Positions 11,433-22,662 are shown, counted from the stretch's first letter. The stretch: DNA of 64,000 bases from an uncultured Pelagibacteraceae bacterium (GCA_902527265.1 CABZNY010000005.1:2511-66510), one strand, 5' to 3'. Program-made: numbers and translations. The notes: generated from the sequence alone by a model not told the origin.

Positions 11433-13619
11433 TTAATACATGCTCTGATTTTTAAAGAAATCTTTTAGATATATTGGCTTTTGAGACAAAATGTACCTGT
11501 AAACATTGTAATTTTCTAAAACTCTTTGTACATAATTTCTTGTTTCTTTAAATTTAATAAGCTCAACCCAATCAACATAATCAATCTGTTTTTTTTGAGG
11601 ATCCTTATTAATTTTTTTCCAATACTTTACTCTCTTAGGACCAGCATTGTAAGCGGCTGTAGCAAAAGGGTAGGATCCTTTATACTGATTGATTAAACCA
11701 GCAATATAATGAGATCCTAAATTAATATTATATTCGGGGTCAGTTGTTAATTTAGCCTTCGAGTATCCTAACTTAGCTTGTTTCGATACAGTCTTAGCCG
11801 TATAAGGCATAAGTTGCATTAATCCTTGAGCTCCAACTCTACTCCTAGCAGAGGTATCAAATTCACTTTCTTGTCTGATAATAGATAAAATTAATGCTGG
11901 ATCAGGAATTTTTCTTCCACCAACAAATTTTGGTACACTCATTATTGGATAATTAAACTGGTTGTGAAATCTTTTTTGATATGAGGCAATTTTAGAGACT
12001 TGTATAGCAAAATCCAAACGTGATATATCAGAAGCTAATTTAGCAGCTAAAGCCTCACTGCCTTTTTCTACATTATCATTTGCTAAAAACCTTAAGATAT
12101 GTTTTGTGTATTTATCTTTATTTAAATAATCAAGTAAATCAATAATTGCGACAAGTTTTTTTGAGTAAAACTCTTGTTCATAATCATCATCTACAAACAT
12201 TAATTTATCTAGTTCAAATTTCTCTTGTGGTTTTACTTTCATATGTGAAAGTTGACCATAGTAGGTTGTTAAATATTTTGATCCCTCCAAGAACCATTTA
12301 TTTGAGTTTTCTATATCTCCAATTTTTTCATATGTTTTTCCCAACCAATACGAACCTCTAGATAAGCTGATTGGATAGCTAACATTCCTGTAAAAATTTA
12401 AAAAATGATTTTCTGCTTGTTGTGCATTTTTTAAAAAACTGAGTGCTATCCAGCCACTCATCCACTCAGCTTCCGCATAGTCTGCACCCTCTGTCATTGC
12501 GTGATTTGAAACAATTTTATATGCAGTTTTATATTTTTTTTTATAAATTAAGGATCTTCCAATTATTGACCTTTCTTTCCACCATTTATCTGGTCTCACT
12601 AAATATTCTTCGGTGTTTTTTACTTTATTAAGAATTTCTAGCGAGCTATCTACGCGTCCTTTTTTTCTTCTCCATTTTAATCTATCATAATTTAAACCAG
12701 CATCATTCTTAAATTTTTTTGGTACTTTTTTTATCGCTTCATCAACCCCATACCCTCTGCTTATTAATATTTGTCTTGCTGTATAAAGTAATTGATACTC
12801 ACTAGGAAGGTATCTAATAACCCTTTTAAGATCCCAGTGTTTACCCTCCCAAGCATAATAATCAGCTCTATTTATATAATCAGAGGTATCTAGAATTTTT
12901 TTAAATTTTTTTCTGAAATATTTTAAATTATTTGTATTTAGATCTGCATTTATAAATCCTTCTTTAATTAATCTTATTCCATCACCAGACTGTCCAGTCT
13001 TAATTAAACTCTCTCCTAACATCATTTTACCATATCCACTTAATGTTTTATTACTTTGAAACCAATTAATTATTTCTGTAGGAGACTGGTTTTGTAAGTT
13101 TATTTTGTGTTCAGCAAGATATTTAATTCTATCAAATCTTGGATAATCTTTAACTCTTTCGATAAACCTTTTGTATTCAGAAAAAGTTGCTTTATTTCCT
13201 GAAGTAAGAAGATGCCTCCACTCTATAAAATCATATATTGATTGAGCCCTTGCTTTTTTTGCAGTATTTTTTGCATCTTTCCAATTAGATTTTTCCATAA
13301 ATCTAATTGCTTGTTTTGCGAATTCAAAATCTCTTTCACTATAATATCTGGTTTTTTTAACAGTCCTTAATGTTTGTTTTTTTACAATAAGTGGTTTTTT
13401 TGCAGGTAACAAAATTCCAAATATTTCTTTGGGTAAATCTTTATCATCCTTTAAACTTTGTTTTTCATTAAATGTTCCAGGTTTCAACGGTGGTATTACT
13501 ATCTGACTTTTAAACGCAGGTTTTTTCTTAGGTATTATTATTTCATTTGAATATGATGATTGAAAAAAGCTAAAAAAAAATATAGTTGTTAGTAGTAATA
13601 TAGATTTTCTAAAAATCAT
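11433..13619 (-). CDS. Soluble lytic murein transglycosylase (Slt70-like)
   Basis: IIRQESEF, GLMQLMP, AAYNAGP, ETRNYVQRV; N-terminal signal peptide. Confidence 0.92.
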   Translation of the reverse strand: MIFRKSILLLTTIFFFSFFQSSYSNEIIIPKKKPAFKSQIVIPPLKPGTFNEKQSLKDDKDLPKEIFGILLPAKKPLIVKKQTLRTVKKTRYYSERDFEFAKQAIRFMEKSNWKDAKNTAKKARAQSIYDFIEWRHLLTSGNKATFSEYKRFIERVKDYPRFDRIKYLAEHKINLQNQSPTEIINWFQSNKTLSGYGKMMLGESLIKTGQSGDGIRLIKEGFINADLNTNNLKYFRKKFKKILDTSDYINRADYYAWEGKHWDLKRVIRYLPSEYQLLYTARQILISRGYGVDEAIKKVPKKFKNDAGLNYDRLKWRRKKGRVDSSLEILNKVKNTEEYLVRPDKWWKERSIIGRSLIYKKKYKTAYKIVSNHAMTEGADYAEAEWMSGWIALSFLKNAQQAENHFLNFYRNVSYPISLSRGSYWLGKTYEKIGDIENSNKWFLEGSKYLTTYYGQLSHMKVKPQEKFELDKLMFVDDDYEQEFYSKKLVAIIDLLDYLNKDKYTKHILRFLANDNVEKGSEALAAKLASDISRLDFAIQVSKIASYQKRFHNQFNYPIMSVPKFVGGRKIPDPALILSIIRQESEFDTSARSRVGAQGLMQLMPYTAKTVSKQAKLGYSKAKLTTDPEYNINLGSHYIAGLINQYKGSYPFATAAYNAGPKRVKYWKKINKDPQKKQIDYVDWVELIKFKETRNYVQRVLENYNVYRYILSQKPIYLKDFFKNQSMY

Positions 13620-13646
13620 TTTTAATAACTTATGATATAAATATTT

Positions 13647-14534
13647 ATGTTTAAAGGTTCAAATGTAGCTTTAGTAACACCATTTAAAGGCAATAGCCTT
13701 GATGAGGAAACGTATATAAAAATTATTAATTTTCATTTAGAAAATGGAACAAATGGACTTGTGCCAGCTGGTACAACGGGTGAGTCACCAACTCTTTCGC
13801 ATAGAGAACATGAAAAAGTTATAGAGTTATGTATTCAAGAAGCTAAAGGAAAAATTCCAGTGATCGCAGGCACAGGATCAAATTCTACTACAGAAGCCAT
13901 ATCTCTCACAGAGCACGCTGAAAAGGCTGGTGCAGATGGTGCCTTGATAGTGACACCTTATTATAACAAACCCACTCAGGAGGGCTTATATCAGCATTAC
14001 AAGGCTATAAATGACAAATGCGGCATACCAATTATAATTTACAATATTCCTGGTAGATCAGTTATTGATATGACAGTAGATACTATGGCAAGATTATTTG
14101 AACTGAAGAACATAGTGGGAGTAAAAGATGCAACTGGTGATTTGAATAGAGTAGATGAGACTTTCAAAAAAATTGGCAATGAATTTATCCAACTAACAGG
14201 TGAGGATGGTCTTGCTTATGAATATAATAAAAGAGGTGGCGTAGGGTGTATTTCTGTTACAGCCAACATAGCTCCTAAAATGTGTTCTGATATGCAAAAA
14301 TTTTCAAAATCACAGAATAATGATGAGCAAAAAAAGGCTGAAGAGATAGATAAAAAACTTCAACCTGTTCATAAATCTTTGTTTATTGAGAGCAATCCAT
14401 CACCAGTTAAATATGCAGCTAAATTGATAGGTCTATGTGATGATAATGTGAGATTACCTTTGGTAACAGTTTTAGATGAAACAAAAGCTGAGGTTAAAAA
14501 AGCTCTCATATCTGCCGAATTAATTAATGAATAA
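13647..14534 (+). CDS. dapA: 4-hydroxy-tetrahydrodipicolinate synthase
   Basis: [30 protein letters not shown]. Confidence 0.96.
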   Translation: MFKGSNVALVTPFKGNSLDEETYIKIINFHLENGTNGLVPAGTTGESPTLSHREHEKVIELCIQEAKGKIPVIAGTGSNSTTEAISLTEHAEKAGADGALIVTPYYNKPTQEGLYQHYKAINDKCGIPIIIYNIPGRSVIDMTVDTMARLFELKNIVGVKDATGDLNRVDETFKKIGNEFIQLTGEDGLAYEYNKRGGVGCISVTANIAPKMCSDMQKFSKSQNNDEQKKAEEIDKKLQPVHKSLFIESNPSPVKYAAKLIGLCDDNVRLPLVTVLDETKAEVKKALISAELINE

Positions 14535-14997
14535 AAAAACCACTCCTGGTTTAAAAATTATTACAATTAATAGAAAAGCATCTTTTAATTATTTTTTTAA
14601 AGAGATGTTTGAAGCAGGTATAGTTTTAAAGGGCTCTGAAATAAAATCTGTAAGATTAGGTAAAATTAACATAGCAGATTCTTATGCTGTAGATAAAGAT
14701 GGAGAAATTTTTTTAATTAATTCTCATATACCTATCTATAAACAAGCCAGTTATTCAAATCATAATCCTTACTCTGAAAGAAAACTTTTATTGAATAAAA
14801 GAGAAATTAATAAAATTATCGGTAGAATTCATGAAGATGGTTTAACTATTGTGCCAACAAAAATGTATTTTAAAAAAGGAAAGGCAAAATTAGAAATTGC
14901 AGTAGCTAAAGGTAAAAAACAATTTGATAAAAGACTGACAAAGAAGACAAGAGATTGGAACCGTGAAAAAGCAAGATATATTAGAAAATCAAGTTAA
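14527..14997 (+). CDS. smpB: SsrA-binding protein
   Basis: [35 protein letters not shown]. Confidence 0.96.
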   Translation: MNKKTTPGLKIITINRKASFNYFFKEMFEAGIVLKGSEIKSVRLGKINIADSYAVDKDGEIFLINSHIPIYKQASYSNHNPYSERKLLLNKREINKIIGRIHEDGLTIVPTKMYFKKGKAKLEIAVAKGKKQFDKRLTKKTRDWNREKARYIRKSS

Positions 14998-15493
14998 TTT
15001 TGCATATCTAGCATTAGGTTCTAATCTTGGAGACAAGAAAAATAATCTAAATAAAAGTATAGATTTAATCCAAGAGGAGGGAATTTTTATAAAGAAAAGA
15101 TCAAAATTTTACATTACAAAATCTTGGCCAGATGAAAATTTCCCAAACTTTATTAATTCTATCATACTAGTTAAGACAAAGTTAAACATTGCAGAATTAT
15201 TTTTAAAAATAAAAAAAATTGAAAAAAAACTAGGTCGAACTAAGTCTAAAAGAAATCATCCAAGAATATGTGATATTGATATAATTGATTTTAATGGTGA
15301 AATAATCCTTAGAAAAATTGGAAATCATAAACTCAATACTCCGCATAAAAGAATGCATAATAGAAATTTTGTTCTGTTTCCTTTATTTGAATTAGATAAA
15401 GATTGGGTTCACCCTAAACTTAATAAAAATATAGTCATTTTAATGTCAAATTTAACCTCAGATCAGTTATTGGGTATTAAAATTGCTCAATAA
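14963..15493 (+). CDS. folK: 2-amino-4-hydroxy-6-hydroxymethyldihydropteridine diphosphokinase
   Basis: [28 protein letters not shown]. Confidence 0.93.
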   Translation: MKKQDILENQVNFAYLALGSNLGDKKNNLNKSIDLIQEEGIFIKKRSKFYITKSWPDENFPNFINSIILVKTKLNIAELFLKIKKIEKKLGRTKSKRNHPRICDIDIIDFNGEIILRKIGNHKLNTPHKRMHNRNFVLFPLFELDKDWVHPKLNKNIVILMSNLTSDQLLGIKIAQ

Positions 15494-15509
15494 AATGATA
15501 TAAGTAGTA

Positions 15510-17252
15510 ATGCTTAAATCTGAAGAATTAATTAATAAGGTAAAAAATTATAATAAGTTTCTTAATCCAGAAACTCTATCAAAAGCCTATGATTTTGCTT
15601 TAAAGGCCCATGAAAAACAAAAAAGAGATGAGGGCTCACCTTATATTATTCACCCGATAGCAGTTGCAAATATTTTAACAGAGTTAAAGCTAGACAGTGC
15701 AACTATTGCTACTGGTTTACTTCATGATACAATAGAAGATACTCATACAACTTATAATACAATAGAAGCAGAATTTGGAAAAGAGGTTGCTGATTTAGTT
15801 GATGGTGTTACAAAAATTTCTGAGTTTGAAAATCAAGCTATATCAAACTCTAAAGCAGAAAATTTTAGAAAATTAATATTAGCAACATCAAAAGACATCC
15901 GAGTTTTACTGGTGAAACTAGCTGATAGACTACACAATATGCGTACCATTAAAGTTGTCGATAAAGAAAAGCAAATTAGAAAAGCAAAAGAAACAATGGA
16001 AATTTATGCGCCACTTGCAGATAGAATGGGCATGCATCGTATAAGAGATGAATTAGAGGACCTTTCATTTGAAGTTTTAAATGAAGATGCAAGAAAATTG
16101 ATAAAAGACAGACTGGATAAAATTAAAGAAAATAATCTAATTAACTTTAATAATATTTCTGACGATTTTTTTGAAATACTTAAAAACAAAAATATAGAAC
16201 CAAAAATAGTTGGAAGAGAGAAAACTCCTTTTTCAATTTGGAGAAAAATCCAAAAAAAAAGAACTTCTCTTGAACAAATAACAGACATTATTGGGTTTAG
16301 AATTATTTTAGATAATATTGATGATTGCTATAAAGCTTTAGGAATTTTCCATAATAAATGGAATTGTATACCAGGTAAATTTAAAGATTATATCTCATCG
16401 CCAAAAATCAATAAATATCAATCATTACACACAGCTATTATTGGACCAAATAAAAGACCAATTGAAATCCAATTAAGAACAAAGCAAATGCATGAGTTTG
16501 CAGAAAGAGGTATTGCTTCTCATTGGAAATATAAATCATCAGAAAAATTTAATTCTTTAACTTGGAAGGAGTATGATTGGTTAGCAGATTTAGTTGAAAT
16601 TATTGATAAAAATGAGAATCCAGATGACTCTTATGAATATACAAAACTTCAAATGTTTCAAGAAAACGCCTTTTGTTTCACACCAAAAGGATCAGTTATA
16701 AAACTACCTAAAAATGCTACACCAATAGATTTTGCCTATGCTGTCCATACTCAAATCGGAGATGCTGCTGTTGGTTGTGAAATAAATGGAAATGAAAGCG
16801 CTTTACAATCTATATTAAGAAACGGGGATGTAGTTAAGATTATCACCTCTAAAAAAGCCTCCCCCTCATTACATTGGTTAACGAGCACTAAAACAGGGAA
16901 AGCTCGTGCTGCAATTAGACGTTATTGGCAGTACCGTGAAAACAGCAAGCCGATTAAGGAAAAACGATATAATACTACACTTTGGATTTCTCTGCCTGAT
17001 GAACCTGGAAAAATGGGTGATGTAACAACCATGATTGGTGAAAACTTTGTTAATATTTCAAGTGTAGAAATGGTAGAAAAACTTAATGGAAGGATTAATT
17101 TCAAATTTAATTTAATCATACATGACCTTAAGAACTTTACAAAATTGATAAGTGAACTAAAACAAAAAGAATATAAATTTAAAATTATAAGACACAAAAA
17201 CAAAAAATATGCTTTCTTCAAAAAACTCTTTAGCAGTTTTAAGAAAAACTAA
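15510..17252 (+). CDS. spoT: Bifunctional (p)ppGpp synthetase/hydrolase (RSH)
   Basis: HD hydrolase (LLHDTIED), synthetase YQSLHT/EIQLRT, TGS domain (FTPKG, DFAYAVHT), C-terminal ACT-like domain. Confidence 0.93.
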   Translation: MLKSEELINKVKNYNKFLNPETLSKAYDFALKAHEKQKRDEGSPYIIHPIAVANILTELKLDSATIATGLLHDTIEDTHTTYNTIEAEFGKEVADLVDGVTKISEFENQAISNSKAENFRKLILATSKDIRVLLVKLADRLHNMRTIKVVDKEKQIRKAKETMEIYAPLADRMGMHRIRDELEDLSFEVLNEDARKLIKDRLDKIKENNLINFNNISDDFFEILKNKNIEPKIVGREKTPFSIWRKIQKKRTSLEQITDIIGFRIILDNIDDCYKALGIFHNKWNCIPGKFKDYISSPKINKYQSLHTAIIGPNKRPIEIQLRTKQMHEFAERGIASHWKYKSSEKFNSLTWKEYDWLADLVEIIDKNENPDDSYEYTKLQMFQENAFCFTPKGSVIKLPKNATPIDFAYAVHTQIGDAAVGCEINGNESALQSILRNGDVVKIITSKKASPSLHWLTSTKTGKARAAIRRYWQYRENSKPIKEKRYNTTLWISLPDEPGKMGDVTTMIGENFVNISSVEMVEKLNGRINFKFNLIIHDLKNFTKLISELKQKEYKFKIIRHKNKKYAFFKKLFSSFKKN

Positions 17253-17799
17253 TGCTTTGTTAGATGGACATTTTGTATTGTCATCTGGACTACATTCACC
17301 TTCATATGTGCAATGTGCAAAATTATTAAGTTTTCCACACAAAGCTGAAAAATTTACAAAATCTTTAGCAAGTAAAATTAAAAAAACATTTAAAAATATT
17401 GATTTAATTCTTTCGCCAGCGATGGGTGGAATTGTAATTGGTTATGAAATCGGAAGAATTTTAAAAAAAGAAACAATTTTTTGTGAACGTGTTAAAGGAA
17501 ATTTTAAGTTAAGAAGAGATTTTTATATTAAAAAAAAAACAAGAGTTTTAATTATTGAAGATGTTATAACTACAGGAAAATCAAGTTTAGAATGTGCTAA
17601 ATTAATAAAGAAATCTGGCGCAATTTTATTAGGATTTGCATGTTTAATTGACAGATCTAATAAGCAAACTTTAAAAATAAAAAGAAAAAATATAATTACA
17701 CAAGTAAAATTAAAAATTCCGACTTATAAAAAAAAAAATATTCCAGAAAGTCTAAAAAAAATTCCAATTACCAAACCTGGAAGTAGATTTTTAAAATGA
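17209..17799 (+). CDS. pyrE: Orotate phosphoribosyltransferase
   Basis: GHFVLSSGLHS, IIEDVITTGKS PRPP loop. Confidence 0.93.
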   Translation: MLSSKNSLAVLRKTNALLDGHFVLSSGLHSPSYVQCAKLLSFPHKAEKFTKSLASKIKKTFKNIDLILSPAMGGIVIGYEIGRILKKETIFCERVKGNFKLRRDFYIKKKTRVLIIEDVITTGKSSLECAKLIKKSGAILLGFACLIDRSNKQTLKIKRKNIITQVKLKIPTYKKKNIPESLKKIPITKPGSRFLK

Positions 17800-18515
17800 A
17801 AAAGAGACTAGGGGTTAACATCGACCATGTTGCAACGTTGAGAAATGCTAGAGGTGAAAAACATCCTGATCCTTATACTGTAGCTTTAGATGTTTTAAAC
17901 GCTGGTGCAGACTCTATTACAGTTCATTTAAGAGAGGATAGGCGACACATTAATGATATGGATTTAAAAATTCTCTCATCAAATAAATCAATCCCTATCA
18001 ATTTGGAAATAGCTTCAGATCCAAAAATGATTAATATTGCACTAAAAAATAAACCCTCTTTTATTTGTCTTGTTCCTGAAAAAAGAAATGAAATTACCAC
18101 TGAAGGAGGATTAAATTTAAAAAAAAATAAAAATAAAATCAAAAAAATATTAGAAATTTTTAATAGAAATAATATTAGAACAAGCTTATTTATAAATCCA
18201 TCTCTTCAAGATATAAAATTATCAAAAACTCTTGGAAGTAAATGTATAGAGATACATACAGGTAAGATTTCTAATAAAATAAAGGAGAAAAAAAATTACT
18301 CAAGAGAACTCAATAAAATTAAAAAATGTGCCACTTATGCAAAAAATATAGGTTTAGAGGTTCATGCTGGACACGGCATGGACTATAAGACAACAAAAAT
18401 ACTAAATAAGATAAAAGAAATTGAGGAATTTAATATAGGCCATTTTATAATTGGAGAGTCTGTCTCACACAGCATTTCAAAAGTAGTTAAACAATTTATT
18501 AAAATATTAAGATAA
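17796..18515 (+). CDS. pdxJ: Pyridoxine 5'-phosphate synthase
   Basis: LGVNIDHVATLRNAR, HLREDRRHI, HAGHG. Confidence 0.96.
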   Translation: MKKRLGVNIDHVATLRNARGEKHPDPYTVALDVLNAGADSITVHLREDRRHINDMDLKILSSNKSIPINLEIASDPKMINIALKNKPSFICLVPEKRNEITTEGGLNLKKNKNKIKKILEIFNRNNIRTSLFINPSLQDIKLSKTLGSKCIEIHTGKISNKIKEKKNYSRELNKIKKCATYAKNIGLEVHAGHGMDYKTTKILNKIKEIEEFNIGHFIIGESVSHSISKVVKQFIKILR

Positions 18516-18904
18516 TGCATATAATAGGAAATGGTGTTGATATTATTAAAAACAGTAGAATAAATAATTCATTAAAAACTAAGGGTTTTTTAAATAGAAT
18601 TTTTACAGAAAAAGAAATTCAACAAGGAAAAAAATTAAAAAATAAAATTAATTTTTATGCAAAAAGATTTGCTGCAAAAGAGGCATTTGTTAAAGCAATC
18701 GGAACCGGTTTTAGATCAGATATAAATTTTATAGATATTGAAGTTAAGAATTACAAGAATGGAAAACCATATATTTTACTATCCAAAAAATTAAAAAATT
18801 TTTTACAAAAAAAATTTAAAATACGAAAATATAAAGTCTTTTTATCACTTTCTGATGAGAAAGATTATTCAATCGCGTTTGTTGTTATAGATAAAAAAAT
18901 ATGA
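18515..18904 (+). CDS. acpS: Holo-ACP synthase
   Basis: GVDII, RFAAKEAFVKAIGTG, GKP. Confidence 0.95.
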   Translation: MHIIGNGVDIIKNSRINNSLKTKGFLNRIFTEKEIQQGKKLKNKINFYAKRFAAKEAFVKAIGTGFRSDINFIDIEVKNYKNGKPYILLSKKLKNFLQKKFKIRKYKVFLSLSDEKDYSIAFVVIDKKI

Positions 18905-19629
18905 AAAAAATAATAATTGAAAATCTTAAAACTATAATTTATGCACTACTAATTGCAGTTTTAATTAGATCAGTTTTGTTGCAACCTTTTTATATTCCTT
19001 CATCATCAATGGAGCCAAATTTATTAGTTGGGGATAGACTTTTTGTAACTAAATTCACATATGGTTATAGCAAGCATTCCTTCCCATTTAGTCCACCTAT
19101 TTTTGAAAATCGTGTTTTTACGGATAATCCTAAAAGAGGGGATGTTGCTGTATTTAAAACACCGGCCGATAATAGAACCGACTATATAAAGCGTGTGATC
19201 GGTTTACCAGGTGACACAATTCAGTTTATTAATGGAGATCTTTATCTGAATGGTAATCAAATTTTAAAAACAATTAAATCAAAAAATATCACTAATTATT
19301 GTGGCAAATCAAAAATAAAAGTTAACACATTTGAGGAAAAACTTCCAAATGGTAAAGTTTATTTAGCATCATACAGAACAGATATTACTTTTGCTAACAC
19401 GGATAAATACCTAGTGCCAAAAGACCATTTATTTTTCTTAGGAGACAATAGGGATTGTTCAAAAGATAGTAGATTTTTATCTGAAGTTGGATATGTCCAT
19501 AAAAATAATCTTGTGGGAAAAGCTCAAATCTTATTTTTTTCATCAGATCCATTTGTAGGAAGTATTGTTAAATTTTGGAATTGGAATGAAATATTAAGGT
19601 TAAATAGATTTTTCAAATTGATTGATTAA
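18901..19629 (+). CDS. lepB: Signal peptidase I
   Basis: PSSSMEPNL, YIKRVIGLPGD, GDNRDCSKDSR. Confidence 0.96.
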   Translation: MKKIIIENLKTIIYALLIAVLIRSVLLQPFYIPSSSMEPNLLVGDRLFVTKFTYGYSKHSFPFSPPIFENRVFTDNPKRGDVAVFKTPADNRTDYIKRVIGLPGDTIQFINGDLYLNGNQILKTIKSKNITNYCGKSKIKVNTFEEKLPNGKVYLASYRTDITFANTDKYLVPKDHLFFLGDNRDCSKDSRFLSEVGYVHKNNLVGKAQILFFSSDPFVGSIVKFWNWNEILRLNRFFKLID

Positions 19630-19631
19630 TT

Positions 19632-20297
19632 ATGAACGCCATTAAAAGACTTCAAAAAAAAATTAAAATAGATTTCAAAAATGAAAAAATACTTTTGCAA
19701 GCAATTACTCATAAAAGTTTTGATCCAAATAATAATTATGAAAATCTTGAATTTTTAGGTGATAGAGTACTAGGACTTGTTGTTTCAAAAAAATTATATG
19801 AACTTTATCCAAATGAAAAAGTAGGGTCTTTAGATAAAAAATTAGCCTCATTGGTAAATAAAAATAAATGTTTAGAAGTAGGTAATTCATTAAGTCTTAA
19901 AGAATTTGTAATTACAGGTAATTCTAAGTCGAGCAAAAACATTGTTGAAAATAAAATTATCTCGGATTGCTGCGAGGCATTAATTGGAGCAATTTATTTA
20001 GATAAAGGATTAGAAGTTTCTAAAAGTTTTATTCTTAAACTGTGGAAAGATTTAATAAACGATGCAGAAACTACATTTGTTGATGCCAAAACACAACTGC
20101 AGGAATACTCTTTAAAAAATTTTAAATTATTGCCTATATATAAATTAGTTTCTAACACAGGGCCTAGACATAAGCCAAATTTTAAAGTTGGGGTGAAACT
20201 TAAAAATAGTACGTATATTTATGCAATAGGATCCTCAAAGAAAAATGCAGAGCAATCTGCAGCCTTAGAACTTCTTAAAAAAATTAAGCAAAAATGA
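19632..20297 (+). CDS. rnc: Ribonuclease III
   Basis: ENLEFLGDRVL, EALIGAIYLD, dsRBD. Confidence 0.96.
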   Translation: MNAIKRLQKKIKIDFKNEKILLQAITHKSFDPNNNYENLEFLGDRVLGLVVSKKLYELYPNEKVGSLDKKLASLVNKNKCLEVGNSLSLKEFVITGNSKSSKNIVENKIISDCCEALIGAIYLDKGLEVSKSFILKLWKDLINDAETTFVDAKTQLQEYSLKNFKLLPIYKLVSNTGPRHKPNFKVGVKLKNSTYIYAIGSSKKNAEQSAALELLKKIKQK

Positions 20298-20968
20298 ATT
20301 GGCAAGATAAAGGATATTTATTGTCTTTGAATAAATATAATGAAAATTCATCAATAGCCGAATTTTACACTGAAAATAATGGAAAAATAGTTGGTGTAAT
20401 TTTTGGATCAACTTCAAAAAAGATTAAGAGCTATTTGCTAATAGGTAATAAATTTCACATAAATTCGAAACTAAGAGAGGATGGTAGACTTGGTTATCTA
20501 AAGGTTGAGATTGATGAAATTAAGACGCCTGTTTATTTAGAAAATAAACAAAAACTATTTTGTATTATATATTGTATGAATTTGATTAAAATTCTTACTG
20601 CTGAAAATGAGAATAATATTGAAATATATAATCTTTTAGAAAAATTATTCAAAATAATTGAACTTGATAATTGGCTTGTTGAATTTTTATATTTAGAGCT
20701 AAATATACTAAAGTCTATTGGATATGATATTAATTTTAAAGATTACGTGGTCGATAAAAATATTAATGGCCAAACCAAATATATTGTAGACTCAAGTCAA
20801 AAAATTATACCTAATTTTCTAATAGATAAAAATATTAGTCCTGAAAATTTAAAAGATATATATAGTGGCTTTTCCATAGTTGGAGATTTTTTGGATAAAA
20901 CAATCATCAAACCTAACAATAAAAATTATCCTTCCTCAAGAAATGATTTCGTTAATTTGTTAAAATAA
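20294..20968 (+). CDS. recO: DNA repair protein RecO
   Basis: MNWQDKG...YNENS N-terminus, ELNILKSIGY; position after rnc. Confidence 0.85.
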   Translation: MNWQDKGYLLSLNKYNENSSIAEFYTENNGKIVGVIFGSTSKKIKSYLLIGNKFHINSKLREDGRLGYLKVEIDEIKTPVYLENKQKLFCIIYCMNLIKILTAENENNIEIYNLLEKLFKIIELDNWLVEFLYLELNILKSIGYDINFKDYVVDKNINGQTKYIVDSSQKIIPNFLIDKNISPENLKDIYSGFSIVGDFLDKTIIKPNNKNYPSSRNDFVNLLK

Positions 20969-21949
20969 TTAAAGATCTACCTGATCAGCAAAATAAGTTA
21001 CAATACTATTTGCTCCAGCTCTTTTAAATGAAATAAGAGACTCTTTTATTGACGCTTTGTCTATTAATTTTTTATTAATTCCGTTCATTATTAAACTGTA
21101 TTCACCAGAAACTTGATATGCAAATACTGGTATTTTGAAATTATCTTTTACTTTTTTTATTATATCAAGATAAGGCATACCAGGTTTAATCATGACCATA
21201 TCAGCACCTTCTTTTATATCTAATGAAACTTCTCTTAAAGACTCATCTGAATTTCTGAAATCCATTTGGTATGTTTTTTTATCACCTTTTAATAACTTTT
21301 TTGATCCAACAGCGTCTCTAAATGGACCATAAAAGCTAGATGAAAATTTAACTGCATATGATAATATTTGTACATCATTATAATTATTTTTATCTAAAGC
21401 TGATCGAATTTTACCAATTCTACCATCCATCATATCTGAAGGTGCGATAACATCACATCCCATTTTTGCTTGTAGCACTGCTTGTTCGGTAAGTATTTCT
21501 ACAGTTTTATCATTTAGAATATTGCTTTTCTTTAATAATCCATCATGGCCATGAGAAGTGTATGGGTCTAAGGCCACATCACACATAATACCAATTTTAT
21601 TCTTAAATTTCTTTTTAATGAACTTTATTCCTCTGCAAACTAAATTGTCTGGATTTAAAGCTTCAGAACCTTTTTCATCTTTTTTTGTTGGACTTGTATA
21701 TGGAAATAAGGCAACCATAGGTATTCCTTTTTTTATTGCTTTACCTACAACTGTATTTAATTTGTCTACACTATACCTAAATACATTTGGCATAGATTTT
21801 ATTGATTCTTTTTTATTTTTTCCTTCAATCAAGAAAATTGGCAGGATCAAATCATTGTAAGATAAAGAACTTTCTTGGACTAATTTTCTAGACCAAGCAT
21901 ATTTTCTTGATCTTCTAAGCCTTAAATTTGGGTATTTACCTGTTATCAT
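20969..21949 (-). CDS. hemB: Porphobilinogen synthase
   Basis: DVALDPYTSHGHDG, APSDMMDGRIG, FYGPFRDA, AYQVSGEY; start at MITGKYP. Confidence 0.96.
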   Translation of the reverse strand: MITGKYPNLRLRRSRKYAWSRKLVQESSLSYNDLILPIFLIEGKNKKESIKSMPNVFRYSVDKLNTVVGKAIKKGIPMVALFPYTSPTKKDEKGSEALNPDNLVCRGIKFIKKKFKNKIGIMCDVALDPYTSHGHDGLLKKSNILNDKTVEILTEQAVLQAKMGCDVIAPSDMMDGRIGKIRSALDKNNYNDVQILSYAVKFSSSFYGPFRDAVGSKKLLKGDKKTYQMDFRNSDESLREVSLDIKEGADMVMIKPGMPYLDIIKKVKDNFKIPVFAYQVSGEYSLIMNGINKKLIDKASIKESLISFKRAGANSIVTYFADQVDL

Positions 21950-22017
21950 ATTGTATTTTATTATGCGACAAAATCTATTATACAAATATATATATAAATG
22001 GGTAGAAAACAATCTTC

Positions 22018-22662
22018 ATGATAGACAATAAAGATAAAATCGTAAACTTAAATTTACATAATCAAACTGATAGAGTTTTAGACTTTAGTGATTTTCAAAA
22101 ACAGACTATACAATTTGATATTGATAAACTTCAAGATGCTTATAACCAAATCATTCAAATTAAAAAATTCGATGATGGAGGCGGTGTAACTAATTTTGGG
22201 GCAATTTCATTAACACAAATACCAGGAGACCCAGACTCAATAAAAGGTAGTAAAGCTCGAGGTGTTTATTGGACTAAACCAGATAAATCTGGGAAAGAAG
22301 TTTCAAGAGATGTTGATATAGATGAATCTAAATACAGTGAATTCATAAGAGATTATGAAAATACTTATTTTAAAGAAGTTTATGATATTCTATCTTCCAA
22401 ATATAAATTAGGCAGGGTAAGAATTTTATTAAAAGAACCAAGATCAACATTAAGCTGGCATAGAGATCCAGAACCTAGATTGCATATACCAATAATAACA
22501 AATCCAGGATGCTTGATGGTTATCGATAATGTAGCTAAGCATATGCCTGCTGATGGATCAGTTTGGGTTACTAACAATACAAAATATCATAATGCATTTA
22601 ATGGTGGTGAAGAAAATAGAATACACCTAGTTGCATGTGTTTTAGATTATAAATTTAATTAA
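22018..22662 (+). CDS. Asp/Asn beta-hydroxylase-like 2OG-Fe(II) oxygenase domain protein
   Basis: WHRD...RLHIPIITN...HNAFN..RIHLV (HxD...H triad). Confidence 0.7.
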   Translation: MIDNKDKIVNLNLHNQTDRVLDFSDFQKQTIQFDIDKLQDAYNQIIQIKKFDDGGGVTNFGAISLTQIPGDPDSIKGSKARGVYWTKPDKSGKEVSRDVDIDESKYSEFIRDYENTYFKEVYDILSSKYKLGRVRILLKEPRSTLSWHRDPEPRLHIPIITNPGCLMVIDNVAKHMPADGSVWVTNNTKYHNAFNGGEENRIHLVACVLDYKFN

